DNA of 64,000 bases from an uncultured Cytophagia bacterium (lineage in GTDB: Bacteria; Zhuqueibacterota; Zhuqueibacteria; Residuimicrobiales; Residuimicrobiaceae). Shown in pieces: positions 55,701 to 64,000 of this stretch. The position numbers and the translations under genes were made by a program. Numbering within the stretch: the stretch's first letter is position 1; the number at the start of each line of letters is the position of its first letter. Location of the stretch: positions 13,920 through 77,919 of the forward strand of contig CAZISM010000008.1 in NCBI GenBank assembly GCA_964541895.1, written 5' to 3'. The notes under the pieces were generated by a model, which searched no databases, was not told the DNA's origin, and saw only the letters and a list, made by a program, of their open reading frames with translations.

Positions 55701-58700
55701 CAGCGCGCCATCAGCCGCTACCAGGCCATGGGCAAGGAGGAGTCGGTCCGCATCAACACCAAACGGCTGGCGCTGTTATACGAAATCGCACACCAGTACG
55801 ATCGCGCCATCGATCAGTACCAGGCGGCGGCCGAGATGGAGCAGCGCTCCCGACGTTATGACGATCTGATGCGCAGCTATCGCAGCATCGCCTATAATTA
55901 TCTGCAGTTGGGAGAACCGCGGGATGCCATGCACTGGGCCAACCGCGCCCTGGCGCTGATCGATCAGGGCCAGGTCAAAATGGTCAAGACCAAAGCCAAT
56001 CGCGTCCAGATCGGATTTTTCGGTTTGTACGTGCCGGTGCCGTTCGTCAATCTCAGCAGCGCTTTTACCCGTTTTACCACAGCGGATGAGAAAGCGCTGC
56101 TGTTCACCATTATCGGCGAGAGCTGGGAACAGCTGAAGGATTTTGATCAGGCCATCCGTTTTCTGGAAAAAAAGATCGCCCTGTATCGCGAACGAAGCGA
56201 TCGCTGGTCGGAATCCATTTTCCTCAACAATGTGGGTTATCTCTACTATTTGAAAGGCGATCCCCGACAGGCGGCCTCTTTTTTCAAGCGATCGCTGGAA
56301 CTGTCGGAAAAGGAGGGCATCACCCAGGGCATCGTTCTCAACAGCCTGTCGCTGGGCCGGCTGACGACCGGTCGCCTGCGCGCCCAGCAGTTGCAGCCGG
56401 CGGCGATCGCGATGGACGCCCGCGAACGGCAGGCGGAGATAGAGCTGGCGGCTGAAAAAATCAACCTGGCGTTGCGGCATCTGGATCAATCGCTGGCCGT
56501 CTATGCGCGCACCCGCTGCCAACTGCTGTTGCTTCTGGCCGAGCTGGCCATGGCTGATTCCGCTGCGCCGGATCAGGCTGCGGCTGGGCAGATTGCCGCC
56601 TCGTTTCAATTTCTGCACAACAGCAGCGATGCCCGCGCCTATCTGGAGGAAGCGCTGCAGGTGAGCCGGGAACAGTACCTGCATCCTGAAGAAACCCAAA
56701 CCACCTTTGCGTTGGCCGACCTGTTCGCGCGGCTGGGTGACCTGGCCGATTCCTACCGGTATGCCCAACGCAGCCGCAAACTGGCGCTGCGTTTCGGCGT
56801 ATACGATGTGGTGTGGCAGGCGGATGTGCTCATCGGCGACCTGATCGATCGCATGAGCCCGGCCGATCGGCGTTCGCTTCTGGTTCAGCTGGATCCTCTG
56901 GAATGCTACCAGGAAGCGATCGCCGTGATGGAGGCGCACCCGCAAACCCGCAAGGGGCTGGAGGCGGCCTCCCAGCGCCTCTCACAGCGGATACCGTATC
57001 AACGCGCGTTTGCTTATCTGCTGCGGCTCGGCGATGTGGAGGGAGCTCTGGCCTTTGCAGAGCGAATGCGCGCCAAAGCCTATTATGATCTGGTGCAGTC
57101 GGAAGAGATCGAGCTGCGCAAAGAACGTCACAAAGTATTTTTTGGCAACGCCCGGTTTCTGCACAATCAGCTGAAAAAGCTGGAAGCCGATCTGATGGCC
57201 GGTCGACAGAACGACCAGATCACGGCGCGCCAGATCAAAGAGTGGGAGCAGAAACAGAGCGAGTACAACAGCGAATTTGAAGCTATTCTCAAACAGGTGC
57301 GTCAGGAAGTGCCGGAGCTGGAAACCCTGATCCGGATCAAACCGGTGGCTGTGCCGGATCTGCAGAAAAAGCTGCGGCCCAAAGATGTTCTCTACTTTTA
57401 CGCGCTCGGCGACAGCGCCGGCGTCTGGCGCATCACCGGTCAGGCTATCACCTATAACTCTCTGCCGCTTTCTCTGCTGGACCTGGCACCACTGTTGCAG
57501 GCGTATAACGGACAAGCACATTCGGCAACGGCCGACAGCACGCCCCTCCTGCGCCGGTTGCTGGCTCCGGTCGTGGCACAGACCATGCCCGAGCAGCATA
57601 TCGTCATCGCGGCGGATGAAGAGCTGATGCTGCTGCCCTGGGCGGGTTGGCTGCATCGGCAGGCGAACCTGGCTAATGACGTTTCGGTGGTTTCCAGTCT
57701 TACGGCGTACCAGGAAGCGCTGCAGAAACGACGCCTGCCCGGCATCCGCCTGTACGCGGCGGATGATCGAGCCATCACCGATGCCCTGGCAACGCAAGAG
57801 TATGCTCTGCTCTATCCGGTGCCGGGGCAAATGGAAAACAGTTTTGCCGGCCAGATGGCGGCCATGGCGCTGGCGGATATTGTGCATCTGCGCGTGGAGA
57901 GCGACTGGCGCGGTCTTGACCCGCTGCAATCACGATTCGGCTTTACCATTCCGCGATCGGCACCGGCCCAGTTCTCGGTCAAGCAACTGTACCAGGTGAA
58001 CCTGGCGGCCAGCCTGCTGTCGTTGACCAATCGACGCACGCAGACGCCGCTGCAGGAGCCGGCTTCGGTGCTGGCTCTGGAGCGCAGTGCGCTCTACAGC
58101 GGCACCGCCGCAGTTCTGCTGTCTCTCTGGCCAGGGACGCTGGAACAGGACCGAACTTTTTTCACGGCCTTTTATGCCCATCTGAAATCCATGCCGCCGG
58201 CGGCGGCCCTGGCCGCCACCCAGCATGCCCTGCGTGACTCGATGAATATCGACCGATTTCAGCTCTATGGTTTCGGCGGCATGAGCACGGATGAAGAGAT
58301 TCATTATGCCGAAGAGGGCTTTGAAACCAAAGTGCGCCGCGGCCACAGCGCCTTTGACATGGGCGACTGGAGCGAAGCCATACAGGCCTACGAAGAGGCG
58401 CTGCAGATGGCGGAAAAACAGCACAACAGCGCCAGCCGGGCCATGCTGAACGACCGCCTTCTCGAGAGCGCCGTGAACGGCCGTTTGTGGGCCAAAGCCA
58501 TTGAGGTGCAGAGCCGGATCCTGCACAGCGCCGAGGAGGCCAACGATCTGGACGCCATGGCAACCGCATATAACAATCTATCCTACTTTTATACCCAAAA
58601 CAGGGAATTCGAGCAGGGGATCGCCTACAAGAACCGGTTTTTTGCCATGGCGCAAAAGTACGGCTTGAAAGAGGAAGAGGCCGCGGCATTGCGTGACATG

Positions 58701-61187
58701 GCTCTGATTTACGAGCGCGGCGGTAATGCAAAGCAGGCGATGGCGTTGTATCAACAGGCTTTGGAGAAATATCAAACCCTGACCAGTGTAAAACATGTGG
58801 CCATGTGTTTGCGCGATTTGGGGCGCATAGAATTCCTTTATCTCGACCACTATCCGGCGGCCCTGGCCCATCAGCAGGAAGCCCTGCGTCTGCTGCCGGT
58901 GGAGCCGGCCACGGCAGCCGATCGCATCGACATGCTGCAGAACCTGGGATTGATTTATGAGCGCATGGGTCTGTATGATCCGGCGCTGACCGCCCAAACC
59001 GAGGCGTTGACGCTGGCGCTAAACTTGAAGAACGAAAAGCTGCAGGGGTTGAGTCGCCAGTATATGGCCAATCTGTACTGGAAAATGGGTGACTATTACA
59101 ATGCCTTGCAGCAACAACAGTCGGCAGAGACCATTTTTAACGCTCTTCACGACGACAAATTGCGCCAGGTCGCACTGGCTACCCGCGGATTGCTGGCGCT
59201 GAGTCTGGGTATGCCGGAAGAGGCATTGCGTCATGAACAGGCCGCTTTGGAGCTGGCCATAGCCAATGACGACCGCCAGGATCAATCCACTATTTATAAA
59301 AACCTGGCCACCATCAACCGCACGCAGAAAAAGTATGAAACAGCTTTGGCGCAACTGGAGCAGGCGGCGCGGCTGGATTCCAGTTTGAATTCCAGGCGCG
59401 GCATGGCCTATAACCTGCGCAATCTGGCGGCGCTGCATCTGGACCGGCAAGAGACCGCTGCAGCGAAGGCTTTGGCCCATGATGCCTTGCGGGTCAGTAT
59501 CGAGTTACAGGACCTGCGCAATCAGGCGCAGAGCAGTCTGGTGCTGGCCAAAGCCTGGCGCGCTCTCGGCGCCGCTGATTCGTGCTCCCACTATCTCGAG
59601 CAGGCGTTCACGATTGCCGAACGAGCGCTCATGCCGGAGATCGCCTGGCGTGCCCTGCAGGAACGCGCGCAGCTGTCGCTGGACGAAAAAAATTCCGCCC
59701 AGGCGGTGGAATCGCTGTTTCAGGCCATCGGGATCATCGAGTCCATGCGCAGCCGCATTAAAGTGGAGGATCACAGCGCCGGCTTTATGGATGACAAGCT
59801 GTATGTGTACGATCAGCTGGTTGTCCTGCTGCTGGATCAAAACAGATATACGGAAGCCTGGCAAGTGACCGAACGGGCCCGGAGCCGGCGTTTTCTCGAT
59901 CTGCTCGGTAATCGCCGCGTGCGCCTGGGCCGCAGCCAGGATAACCGCCTGTTGGTGAGAAAAGACAGCCTGCAGAGTCTGTTGCAGCAGGCGGAGAGCG
60001 AACTGGTTTTTCAGATGAGTCAAACCGATTCTGTGCCGGCCGGCGTCAGAGCCGATGCCGAAACGCGGGTGCGTTCTTTGCGCGCCGATCTGAGCGACCT
60101 GCTTCGCGCCATGGCCGCCCAGAATCCGCAGCTGGCCGAACTGGTGCAGGTGGCGCCGCCGGAGGTAGCGCAGGTGCAAAAAGCGCTGAGCGACCGCACC
60201 GCCATGCTGATCTATCATCAAATGAAGGAGCGGTTGATCGTATTTTATGTCGATTCGGCATCATGCAATTCGGCAACGCTGGCGTTGAGCGATTCGTTGC
60301 TCAGCCACCAGGTGGAAACACTGCGCAAAGGCTTGCAGCGACAACTTGCCATTCAGGAGTCAGCGGCGGAATTGTATCAGGAACTGATCAAGCCGTTTGA
60401 GGTCGAACTGGCGTCGGTCCGTCATATCGTCATCGTGCCGTCCAACAGCCTGCATTACCTGCCCTTTAATGTTTTGCAGGATGCCGGCGGCGACTACATG
60501 GGATTGCGCTGGTCATTGTCGCTGGCGCCCAGCAGCAGCGTCTGGCTGCACTGCCTGCGGCAGGGTGGCAGGCCGGCAACGGAGCAGGTGCGCCAGTTTA
60601 AAGTGACGGCGTTCGGCAATCCGTCACTGGGCGACAGCAAATGGGACCTGCCCTTTGCCGCCCGGGAGGTCAGGAGCCTGCAGCGCTACTTTCCAACCGT
60701 GCAATCCTATTTAAACGCCAGGGCCACCGAAACAGCGGTCAAACAGCAGGCCTTGTCGCCGTTGCTGTTGTTCAGCTGCCATGGCGAATACGACAGCCGC
60801 CATCCGCTGATGTCGGCGCTGCTGCTGACCGGTGACAAGCAACAGGACGGCCGGTTGAGCGCCCATGAAATCATGGGGCTGGATTTAAACGCCTACCTGA
60901 CCGTCGTCAGCGCCTGCGAGACGGGCCTGGGCACCGTACGCAGCGGCGATGAGGTGGAGGGATTGGTGCGCAGTTTCATCCTCGCCGGCAGCTCGTCGGT
61001 AGTGACCAGTTTGTGGAAAGTGGATGATTTGGCAACAGCAGTCCTCATCAAGCGTCTGTTCCGTTATCTGGCCGAGGGCGACAGCAGAGCGGAAGCGTTA
61101 CGAAAAGCACAACGGGTCGTTTTTACAGAAATCAACCCCTATCCCTCCTACTGGGCGGGATTCCATATCACAGGAGATTTTCGCTGA
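52788..61187 (+). CDS. giant (2799 aa) signal-peptide protein: TolB-like PD40 beta-propeller, TPR array, degenerate CHAT-like domain, TPR array, C-terminal CHAT peptidase domain
   Basis: Signal peptide GLFCGLFFSAVAIVSAQPAVPG. PD40 repeats (SPDGKWLAYVS, FPDGKALAFVS, SPDGKKIAFVS). Dozens of TPRs. C-terminal CHAT with SCHG (His2665, nt 60780) and VVSACETGLG (Cys2710, nt 60915). An internal CHAT-like copy at about aa 1600-1820 (nt 57590-58250) lacks the Cys. Confidence 0.8.
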   Translation: MTLANKISGLFCGLFFSAVAIVSAQPAVPGNRVDFRQVTTHPDVDLSPRLSPDGKWLAYVSRQTYNFDIWIQSSGGGRARQITLNKADDFYPVWFPDGKALAFVSHSSDAAGDIYRIRFKEVDGQLIPREEPHRITSYLGYDGYPTVSPDGKKIAFVSNRSGRDEVWFWNETTAKTNQLTFLGGTQPAWSSNQELIAFTSFRADSSDNGDIYLMNLSGPKPAAPSALWDERELPVYRITTGVAVDGFPAWSKNADRLAFLRFNDDTNHDGLVTPADRGCLWAADVFPFPQNAATLFAKPLLAESFNPLLVRAAMALTSGAEQVMQPWYGADRRVYFTSDRGGNLDIWSVPDSGMVKKMSNATAQRALADEVFPLASRFTRQQRGPLFLAYRQQPVDEADYKRLCERRLAFERVLDYCSDDAALSAEALYEIGLCHLYLGRPAKALTYWHWLLTSHKQQREMCAYTELALLGLQVQGEVSHPRTLTRVRTQLDSLIRVYGDQPQPASEAQITIGDLYFHAGDFQRAFREYSRVQKEYASQRDACAQSQLKMGDVFQRYATRDEVIRTYLSVIENYPEQRQWMQPARDRILELLTRDVRNDDERISRYREIVGQYSRFALLAAAAQLRIADQLYQNGEYRAAIREYELVESLFPALTEEVFASQMASSRAYLKLGENLAAFSQLQTLYETYTSSRPDLAEQTRAALLSALLASADQLKDSRDYELALTRYRLARDYDLRNLHAHRGYIECMYYLKQIHNAEVEYDALNRKHPRDNVLTYALGLVYSYCGTERAELYGEADGLDPEYLVHKSSATIARALSYDYTMVQAYLTISYNYEMMENYEGRRRAKPKPWYKKFYNTVTAPLVTLYRTLTFYEESRPKPYYERAIHELNKAIVLNDESKDPYLEAGLALNLANNYYNLGEFGFAKAYEFYHIKLKYDSTFNDPRREALIYEHMGHCALVTEDVERGPRYLQRAISRYQAMGKEESVRINTKRLALLYEIAHQYDRAIDQYQAAAEMEQRSRRYDDLMRSYRSIAYNYLQLGEPRDAMHWANRALALIDQGQVKMVKTKANRVQIGFFGLYVPVPFVNLSSAFTRFTTADEKALLFTIIGESWEQLKDFDQAIRFLEKKIALYRERSDRWSESIFLNNVGYLYYLKGDPRQAASFFKRSLELSEKEGITQGIVLNSLSLGRLTTGRLRAQQLQPAAIAMDARERQAEIELAAEKINLALRHLDQSLAVYARTRCQLLLLLAELAMADSAAPDQAAAGQIAASFQFLHNSSDARAYLEEALQVSREQYLHPEETQTTFALADLFARLGDLADSYRYAQRSRKLALRFGVYDVVWQADVLIGDLIDRMSPADRRSLLVQLDPLECYQEAIAVMEAHPQTRKGLEAASQRLSQRIPYQRAFAYLLRLGDVEGALAFAERMRAKAYYDLVQSEEIELRKERHKVFFGNARFLHNQLKKLEADLMAGRQNDQITARQIKEWEQKQSEYNSEFEAILKQVRQEVPELETLIRIKPVAVPDLQKKLRPKDVLYFYALGDSAGVWRITGQAITYNSLPLSLLDLAPLLQAYNGQAHSATADSTPLLRRLLAPVVAQTMPEQHIVIAADEELMLLPWAGWLHRQANLANDVSVVSSLTAYQEALQKRRLPGIRLYAADDRAITDALATQEYALLYPVPGQMENSFAGQMAAMALADIVHLRVESDWRGLDPLQSRFGFTIPRSAPAQFSVKQLYQVNLAASLLSLTNRRTQTPLQEPASVLALERSALYSGTAAVLLSLWPGTLEQDRTFFTAFYAHLKSMPPAAALAATQHALRDSMNIDRFQLYGFGGMSTDEEIHYAEEGFETKVRRGHSAFDMGDWSEAIQAYEEALQMAEKQHNSASRAMLNDRLLESAVNGRLWAKAIEVQSRILHSAEEANDLDAMATAYNNLSYFYTQNREFEQGIAYKNRFFAMAQKYGLKEEEAAALRDMALIYERGGNAKQAMALYQQALEKYQTLTSVKHVAMCLRDLGRIEFLYLDHYPAALAHQQEALRLLPVEPATAADRIDMLQNLGLIYERMGLYDPALTAQTEALTLALNLKNEKLQGLSRQYMANLYWKMGDYYNALQQQQSAETIFNALHDDKLRQVALATRGLLALSLGMPEEALRHEQAALELAIANDDRQDQSTIYKNLATINRTQKKYETALAQLEQAARLDSSLNSRRGMAYNLRNLAALHLDRQETAAAKALAHDALRVSIELQDLRNQAQSSLVLAKAWRALGAADSCSHYLEQAFTIAERALMPEIAWRALQERAQLSLDEKNSAQAVESLFQAIGIIESMRSRIKVEDHSAGFMDDKLYVYDQLVVLLLDQNRYTEAWQVTERARSRRFLDLLGNRRVRLGRSQDNRLLVRKDSLQSLLQQAESELVFQMSQTDSVPAGVRADAETRVRSLRADLSDLLRAMAAQNPQLAELVQVAPPEVAQVQKALSDRTAMLIYHQMKERLIVFYVDSASCNSATLALSDSLLSHQVETLRKGLQRQLAIQESAAELYQELIKPFEVELASVRHIVIVPSNSLHYLPFNVLQDAGGDYMGLRWSLSLAPSSSVWLHCLRQGGRPATEQVRQFKVTAFGNPSLGDSKWDLPFAAREVRSLQRYFPTVQSYLNARATETAVKQQALSPLLLFSCHGEYDSRHPLMSALLLTGDKQQDGRLSAHEIMGLDLNAYLTVVSACETGLGTVRSGDEVEGLVRSFILAGSSSVVTSLWKVDDLATAVLIKRLFRYLAEGDSRAEALRKAQRVVFTEINPYPSYWAGFHITGDFR

Positions 61188-61189
61188 TC

Positions 61190-62464
61190 ATGAAAAAGAC
61201 ACTAGCCATGATTCTGGCCGGCGGCCGGGTGGACGAGTTGTCCGTCCTGACGTTGTACCGGCCGAAATCCGCTCTGCCGTTCGGCGGCATGTATCGCGTG
61301 ATCGATTTCCCGCTGAGCAACCTCATGCACTCGGGCATCGAACGAATCGGAATTCTCTCCCAGTATCGTTCCGACTCTCTCATCACGCACATCGGCTCCG
61401 GCCGCAGCTGGGATATGGTCGGCAGCCAGCGCGGCGTGCACCTGTTGCCGCCGATGAAGGGCACGGTCAGTTCCGACTGGTATCGCGGTACGGCGGATGC
61501 GGTGTATCAAAACAAAGAATTCATTTACCGTCATAATCCAAATTATGTCCTCATTCTTTCCGGCGATCACGTCTACAAAATGGATTATGCCGAGATGATC
61601 GCGTTTCATGAAGAGGTCAAGGCCGATGTGACCGTGGCGTTTGTCAATGCCGAGGGCGACGGCCTGGACCGCTTCGGCCAGGGCGTGATCGAGGACGGCC
61701 ACAGCAAAGGCGGACGTTTGCTGCGCTATGTGGAGAAACCGAGCCAGCCGCTCTCGTCCTGGGCCTCCATGACCATCTATCTGTTCAGCCTCTCCGCCCT
61801 GCAATATGTTCTCGATGAGATGATGAAGCCGCCGGCGACCGAACATTTTGGTCGCGACATCCTGCCGGTGCTGTTGGAGAAGAAGCGGGTGTTTGGCTAT
61901 AAATTTCACGGCGCCTGGGCCTATTCGCGCACCATCGATGAATACTGGGCGGCGAACATGAGCCTGCTGCAAACGCCGACGCTGTTTAATATCGATGAGT
62001 GGCAGGTGCGCACCAACCTGGACAACGAGCGGGTGCGGGATAGGGCCCCGGCTATCATCGGCCAGAATGCGCGGGTGGTGCAGAGCCGCATTAACCATGG
62101 TTGTGTGATTCACGGCACGGTGCGCAATTCCATCCTTTTCCCTGGCGTCTGTGTGGAGGAGGGCAGTGTCGTGGAGGATTCCATCCTCATGTACGACAGC
62201 TGTGTCGGCCGCAATGCCCGGCTGCACAAGGTCATCGCCGATGTACAGGTAACGGTCGATCGCGAGGCGGTAGTCGGTGCCGGCCGCAACCTCGGGGCCA
62301 ACAAAGAGTATCCGGATCTGTTGAATTCCGGCATCACCATCATCGGCCGCAATACGGTCATCCCCGCAAGTGCCCGGATCGGCGCCAATTGCATCATTTA
62401 TCCCAACAAAACCGCAAAGGATTTTCCGCAACCGACCATGGCGAGCGGGAGGACATTGAAATGA
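61190..62464 (+). CDS. GlgC-family protein with a degenerate nucleotide-binding loop (GlgD-like regulatory subunit of ADP-glucose pyrophosphorylase)
   Basis: MILAGGRVDELSVLTLYRPKSALPFGGMYRVIDFPLSNLMHSGIERIGILSQY has the GlgC fold pattern, but the Gly-rich GGxGxRL loop is replaced by GGRVDEL. Left-handed beta-helix C-domain present. Confidence 0.75.
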   Translation: MKKTLAMILAGGRVDELSVLTLYRPKSALPFGGMYRVIDFPLSNLMHSGIERIGILSQYRSDSLITHIGSGRSWDMVGSQRGVHLLPPMKGTVSSDWYRGTADAVYQNKEFIYRHNPNYVLILSGDHVYKMDYAEMIAFHEEVKADVTVAFVNAEGDGLDRFGQGVIEDGHSKGGRLLRYVEKPSQPLSSWASMTIYLFSLSALQYVLDEMMKPPATEHFGRDILPVLLEKKRVFGYKFHGAWAYSRTIDEYWAANMSLLQTPTLFNIDEWQVRTNLDNERVRDRAPAIIGQNARVVQSRINHGCVIHGTVRNSILFPGVCVEEGSVVEDSILMYDSCVGRNARLHKVIADVQVTVDREAVVGAGRNLGANKEYPDLLNSGITIIGRNTVIPASARIGANCIIYPNKTAKDFPQPTMASGRTLK

Positions 62465-63717
62465 GACAAACCGTAGCGTTCTTGCTGGCTGGCGGCGTCG
62501 GCAGCCGGCTCAATATTCTGGGCTGGATGCGCGCCAAACCGGCGGTACCCTTTGGCGGCTGCTACCGCCTCATCGATTTCACCATGAGCAACGCCATGAA
62601 TTCCGGCGTGCAACAGATCGGTATTCTCACCCAGTATCGCCCCTATTCGCTCATGGGCCATATCAGCTCCGGCGAAGCCTGGGACCTGGTCGGCCGCCGC
62701 CGCGGCGCCCGCATCCTGCCGCCCTCCACCGGCCGGGAGGATTTTGACTGGTACCGCGGCACGGCCGATGCGGTGGCGCAGAATCTGGCTTTTGCGGAAA
62801 ATTACGGCGCCAAACGCATTCTTGTGCTGTCCGGCGACCATATTTATAAAATGGACTATGCGCCGATGGTGGAATTCCATCAGCAGAAAAAAGCGGATAT
62901 CACCATTGCCACCATGCAGGTGCCGTGGGAGGACACGCACCACTTTGGCATCGGCATCACCGACGAACACCAGCGCATCATCGACTGGGAAGAGAAACCA
63001 AAGAAAGCCAAAAGCAACCTGGCCTCCATGGGCGTGTATGTGTTCGATTATGGATTCCTTAAAAAAGCCCTGGAGCAGCGGCAGGGACACGATTTCGGCA
63101 AAAACATCATCCACGATGCCATCAAAAGCGCCAACGTCTATGCCTATCAATTCAACGGCTATTGGGCGGATGTAGGCACGCTCAAGGCCTACTGGCAGGC
63201 GAGCATGGACATCCTGCAGCCGGATTCAGGACTGGATCTGGCCACCTGGGGCGTGCGCACCAACTATGAAGAGGAGGGGCTGGCCGGCGACCGGCCGACC
63301 GCGTTCATGGGGCCGCAGGCCAAAGTGGTCAACTCGGTGATTTCCATCGGCTGTGTGGTGCATGGCACGGTGATCAATTCCATTTTATCGCCGGGCGTGC
63401 ACGTGCAAGCCGGTGCTGTGGTGAAGGATTCCGTGATCATGCACGACGCCCATATCGGTCGCCAGGCGAAACTGCAGGCTGTGCTGGCGGATAAAAACAG
63501 CAGCTTCGGCAACGGCTGCCAGGTGGGCATTGGCGACGCCTCGCACCCCAATGAACTGTTCCCCGAACATCTGTTCAGCGGCCTGACCGTGGTGGGCAAA
63601 AAAGCAATGGTGCCGGACAATAAAAAGATTTTTACCAATTCGATTATCGAGCCGCTGGTGAACAAGGAGAGCTATCTCGGCATCAAGCTGGGTGAAGGGG
63701 CGTATGTAAAAAGATAG
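62461..63717 (+). CDS. glgC: glucose-1-phosphate adenylyltransferase (catalytic subunit)
   Basis: MRQTVAFLLAGGVGSRLNILGWMRAKPAVPFGGCYRLIDFTMSNAMNSGVQQIGILTQY with intact GGxGSRL and RAKPAVPFGG motifs. Its ATG overlaps the stop of the upstream gene (ATGA). The track ORF 62101..63717 is a 5' over-extension. Confidence 0.85.
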   Translation: MRQTVAFLLAGGVGSRLNILGWMRAKPAVPFGGCYRLIDFTMSNAMNSGVQQIGILTQYRPYSLMGHISSGEAWDLVGRRRGARILPPSTGREDFDWYRGTADAVAQNLAFAENYGAKRILVLSGDHIYKMDYAPMVEFHQQKKADITIATMQVPWEDTHHFGIGITDEHQRIIDWEEKPKKAKSNLASMGVYVFDYGFLKKALEQRQGHDFGKNIIHDAIKSANVYAYQFNGYWADVGTLKAYWQASMDILQPDSGLDLATWGVRTNYEEEGLAGDRPTAFMGPQAKVVNSVISIGCVVHGTVINSILSPGVHVQAGAVVKDSVIMHDAHIGRQAKLQAVLADKNSSFGNGCQVGIGDASHPNELFPEHLFSGLTVVGKKAMVPDNKKIFTNSIIEPLVNKESYLGIKLGEGAYVKR

Positions 63718-64000
63718 GGTTTATTGTTGTGCCTGGACCAAAAAGCCATTAACCGCGAATAACCGCGAATTAATCTTTATATGTTGCCAGACGTAATCCT
63801 GGGCTGCAGTCGCTCGCAGGCTTTCGAACAGTATTTCAAAATTTTAAGCGATCGTCCCTCTGCGTTCTTTACGGTGAATGCTTCAGGCTGATCAAGCAGC
63901 AATACACAATTTTTTCTGCTCAGTACGCCCCTGACTAATTGATTTTGGTCACTTTAAATAGACCATTTTGATGCTTTTGCGAAACACGCTACCGTATCGT

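Overview
This is a 64-kb window of high-GC (~60%) bacterial chromosome; the T9SS C-terminal sorting domains suggest a Gram-negative member of the FCB superphylum, and almost everything is on the + strand. All calls come from reading the sequence and the six-frame track by eye; no searches or computations were run, so every domain call is a by-eye motif match.

Housekeeping content:
- a partial glgP gene at the left edge (minus strand)
- a minus-strand block of M48 lipoprotein peptidase, ligA and proline dehydrogenase
- parA-parB followed by an M23 peptidase and a bactofilin
- a complete F-type ATP synthase operon (atpZ-atpI-atpBEFHAGDC)
- aspS
- the phoH / 7TM-HD / ybeY cluster
- a cold-shock protein, trkH-trkA, hsp20, lon, and a UDP-sugar pyrophosphorylase

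Accessory content:
1. A three-gene locus of cohesin-like and dockerin-like modular surface proteins. Two carry T9SS C-terminal sorting domains and one ends in a dockerin. A 16-bp perfect inverted repeat sits between the second and third genes.
2. Two giant signal-peptide TPR/coiled-coil proteins (964 and 1506 aa) plus a small secreted protein, directly upstream of and co-directional with TolQ/ExbB, two ExbD copies and a TonB-like protein with a long low-complexity linker.
3. A coiled-coil lipoprotein plus a LysM protein, behind a consensus sigma70-like promoter with a structured leader.
4. A MinD/FlhG-like ATPase with an N-terminal GYF-like domain and a cysteine-rich C-terminus.
5. An AsmA-like inner-membrane protein with a DUF1318 (YdbL-like) lipoprotein.
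6. A 2799-aa signal-peptide protein built as TolB-like beta-propeller, TPR repeats, a degenerate CHAT copy, more TPRs, and a C-terminal CHAT domain with an intact His/Cys dyad.
7. A tandem GlgD-like/GlgC ADP-glucose pyrophosphorylase pair.

No rRNA, tRNA, CRISPR array or obvious mobile element was recognised. The long antisense ORFs in the track are high-GC shadow frames.
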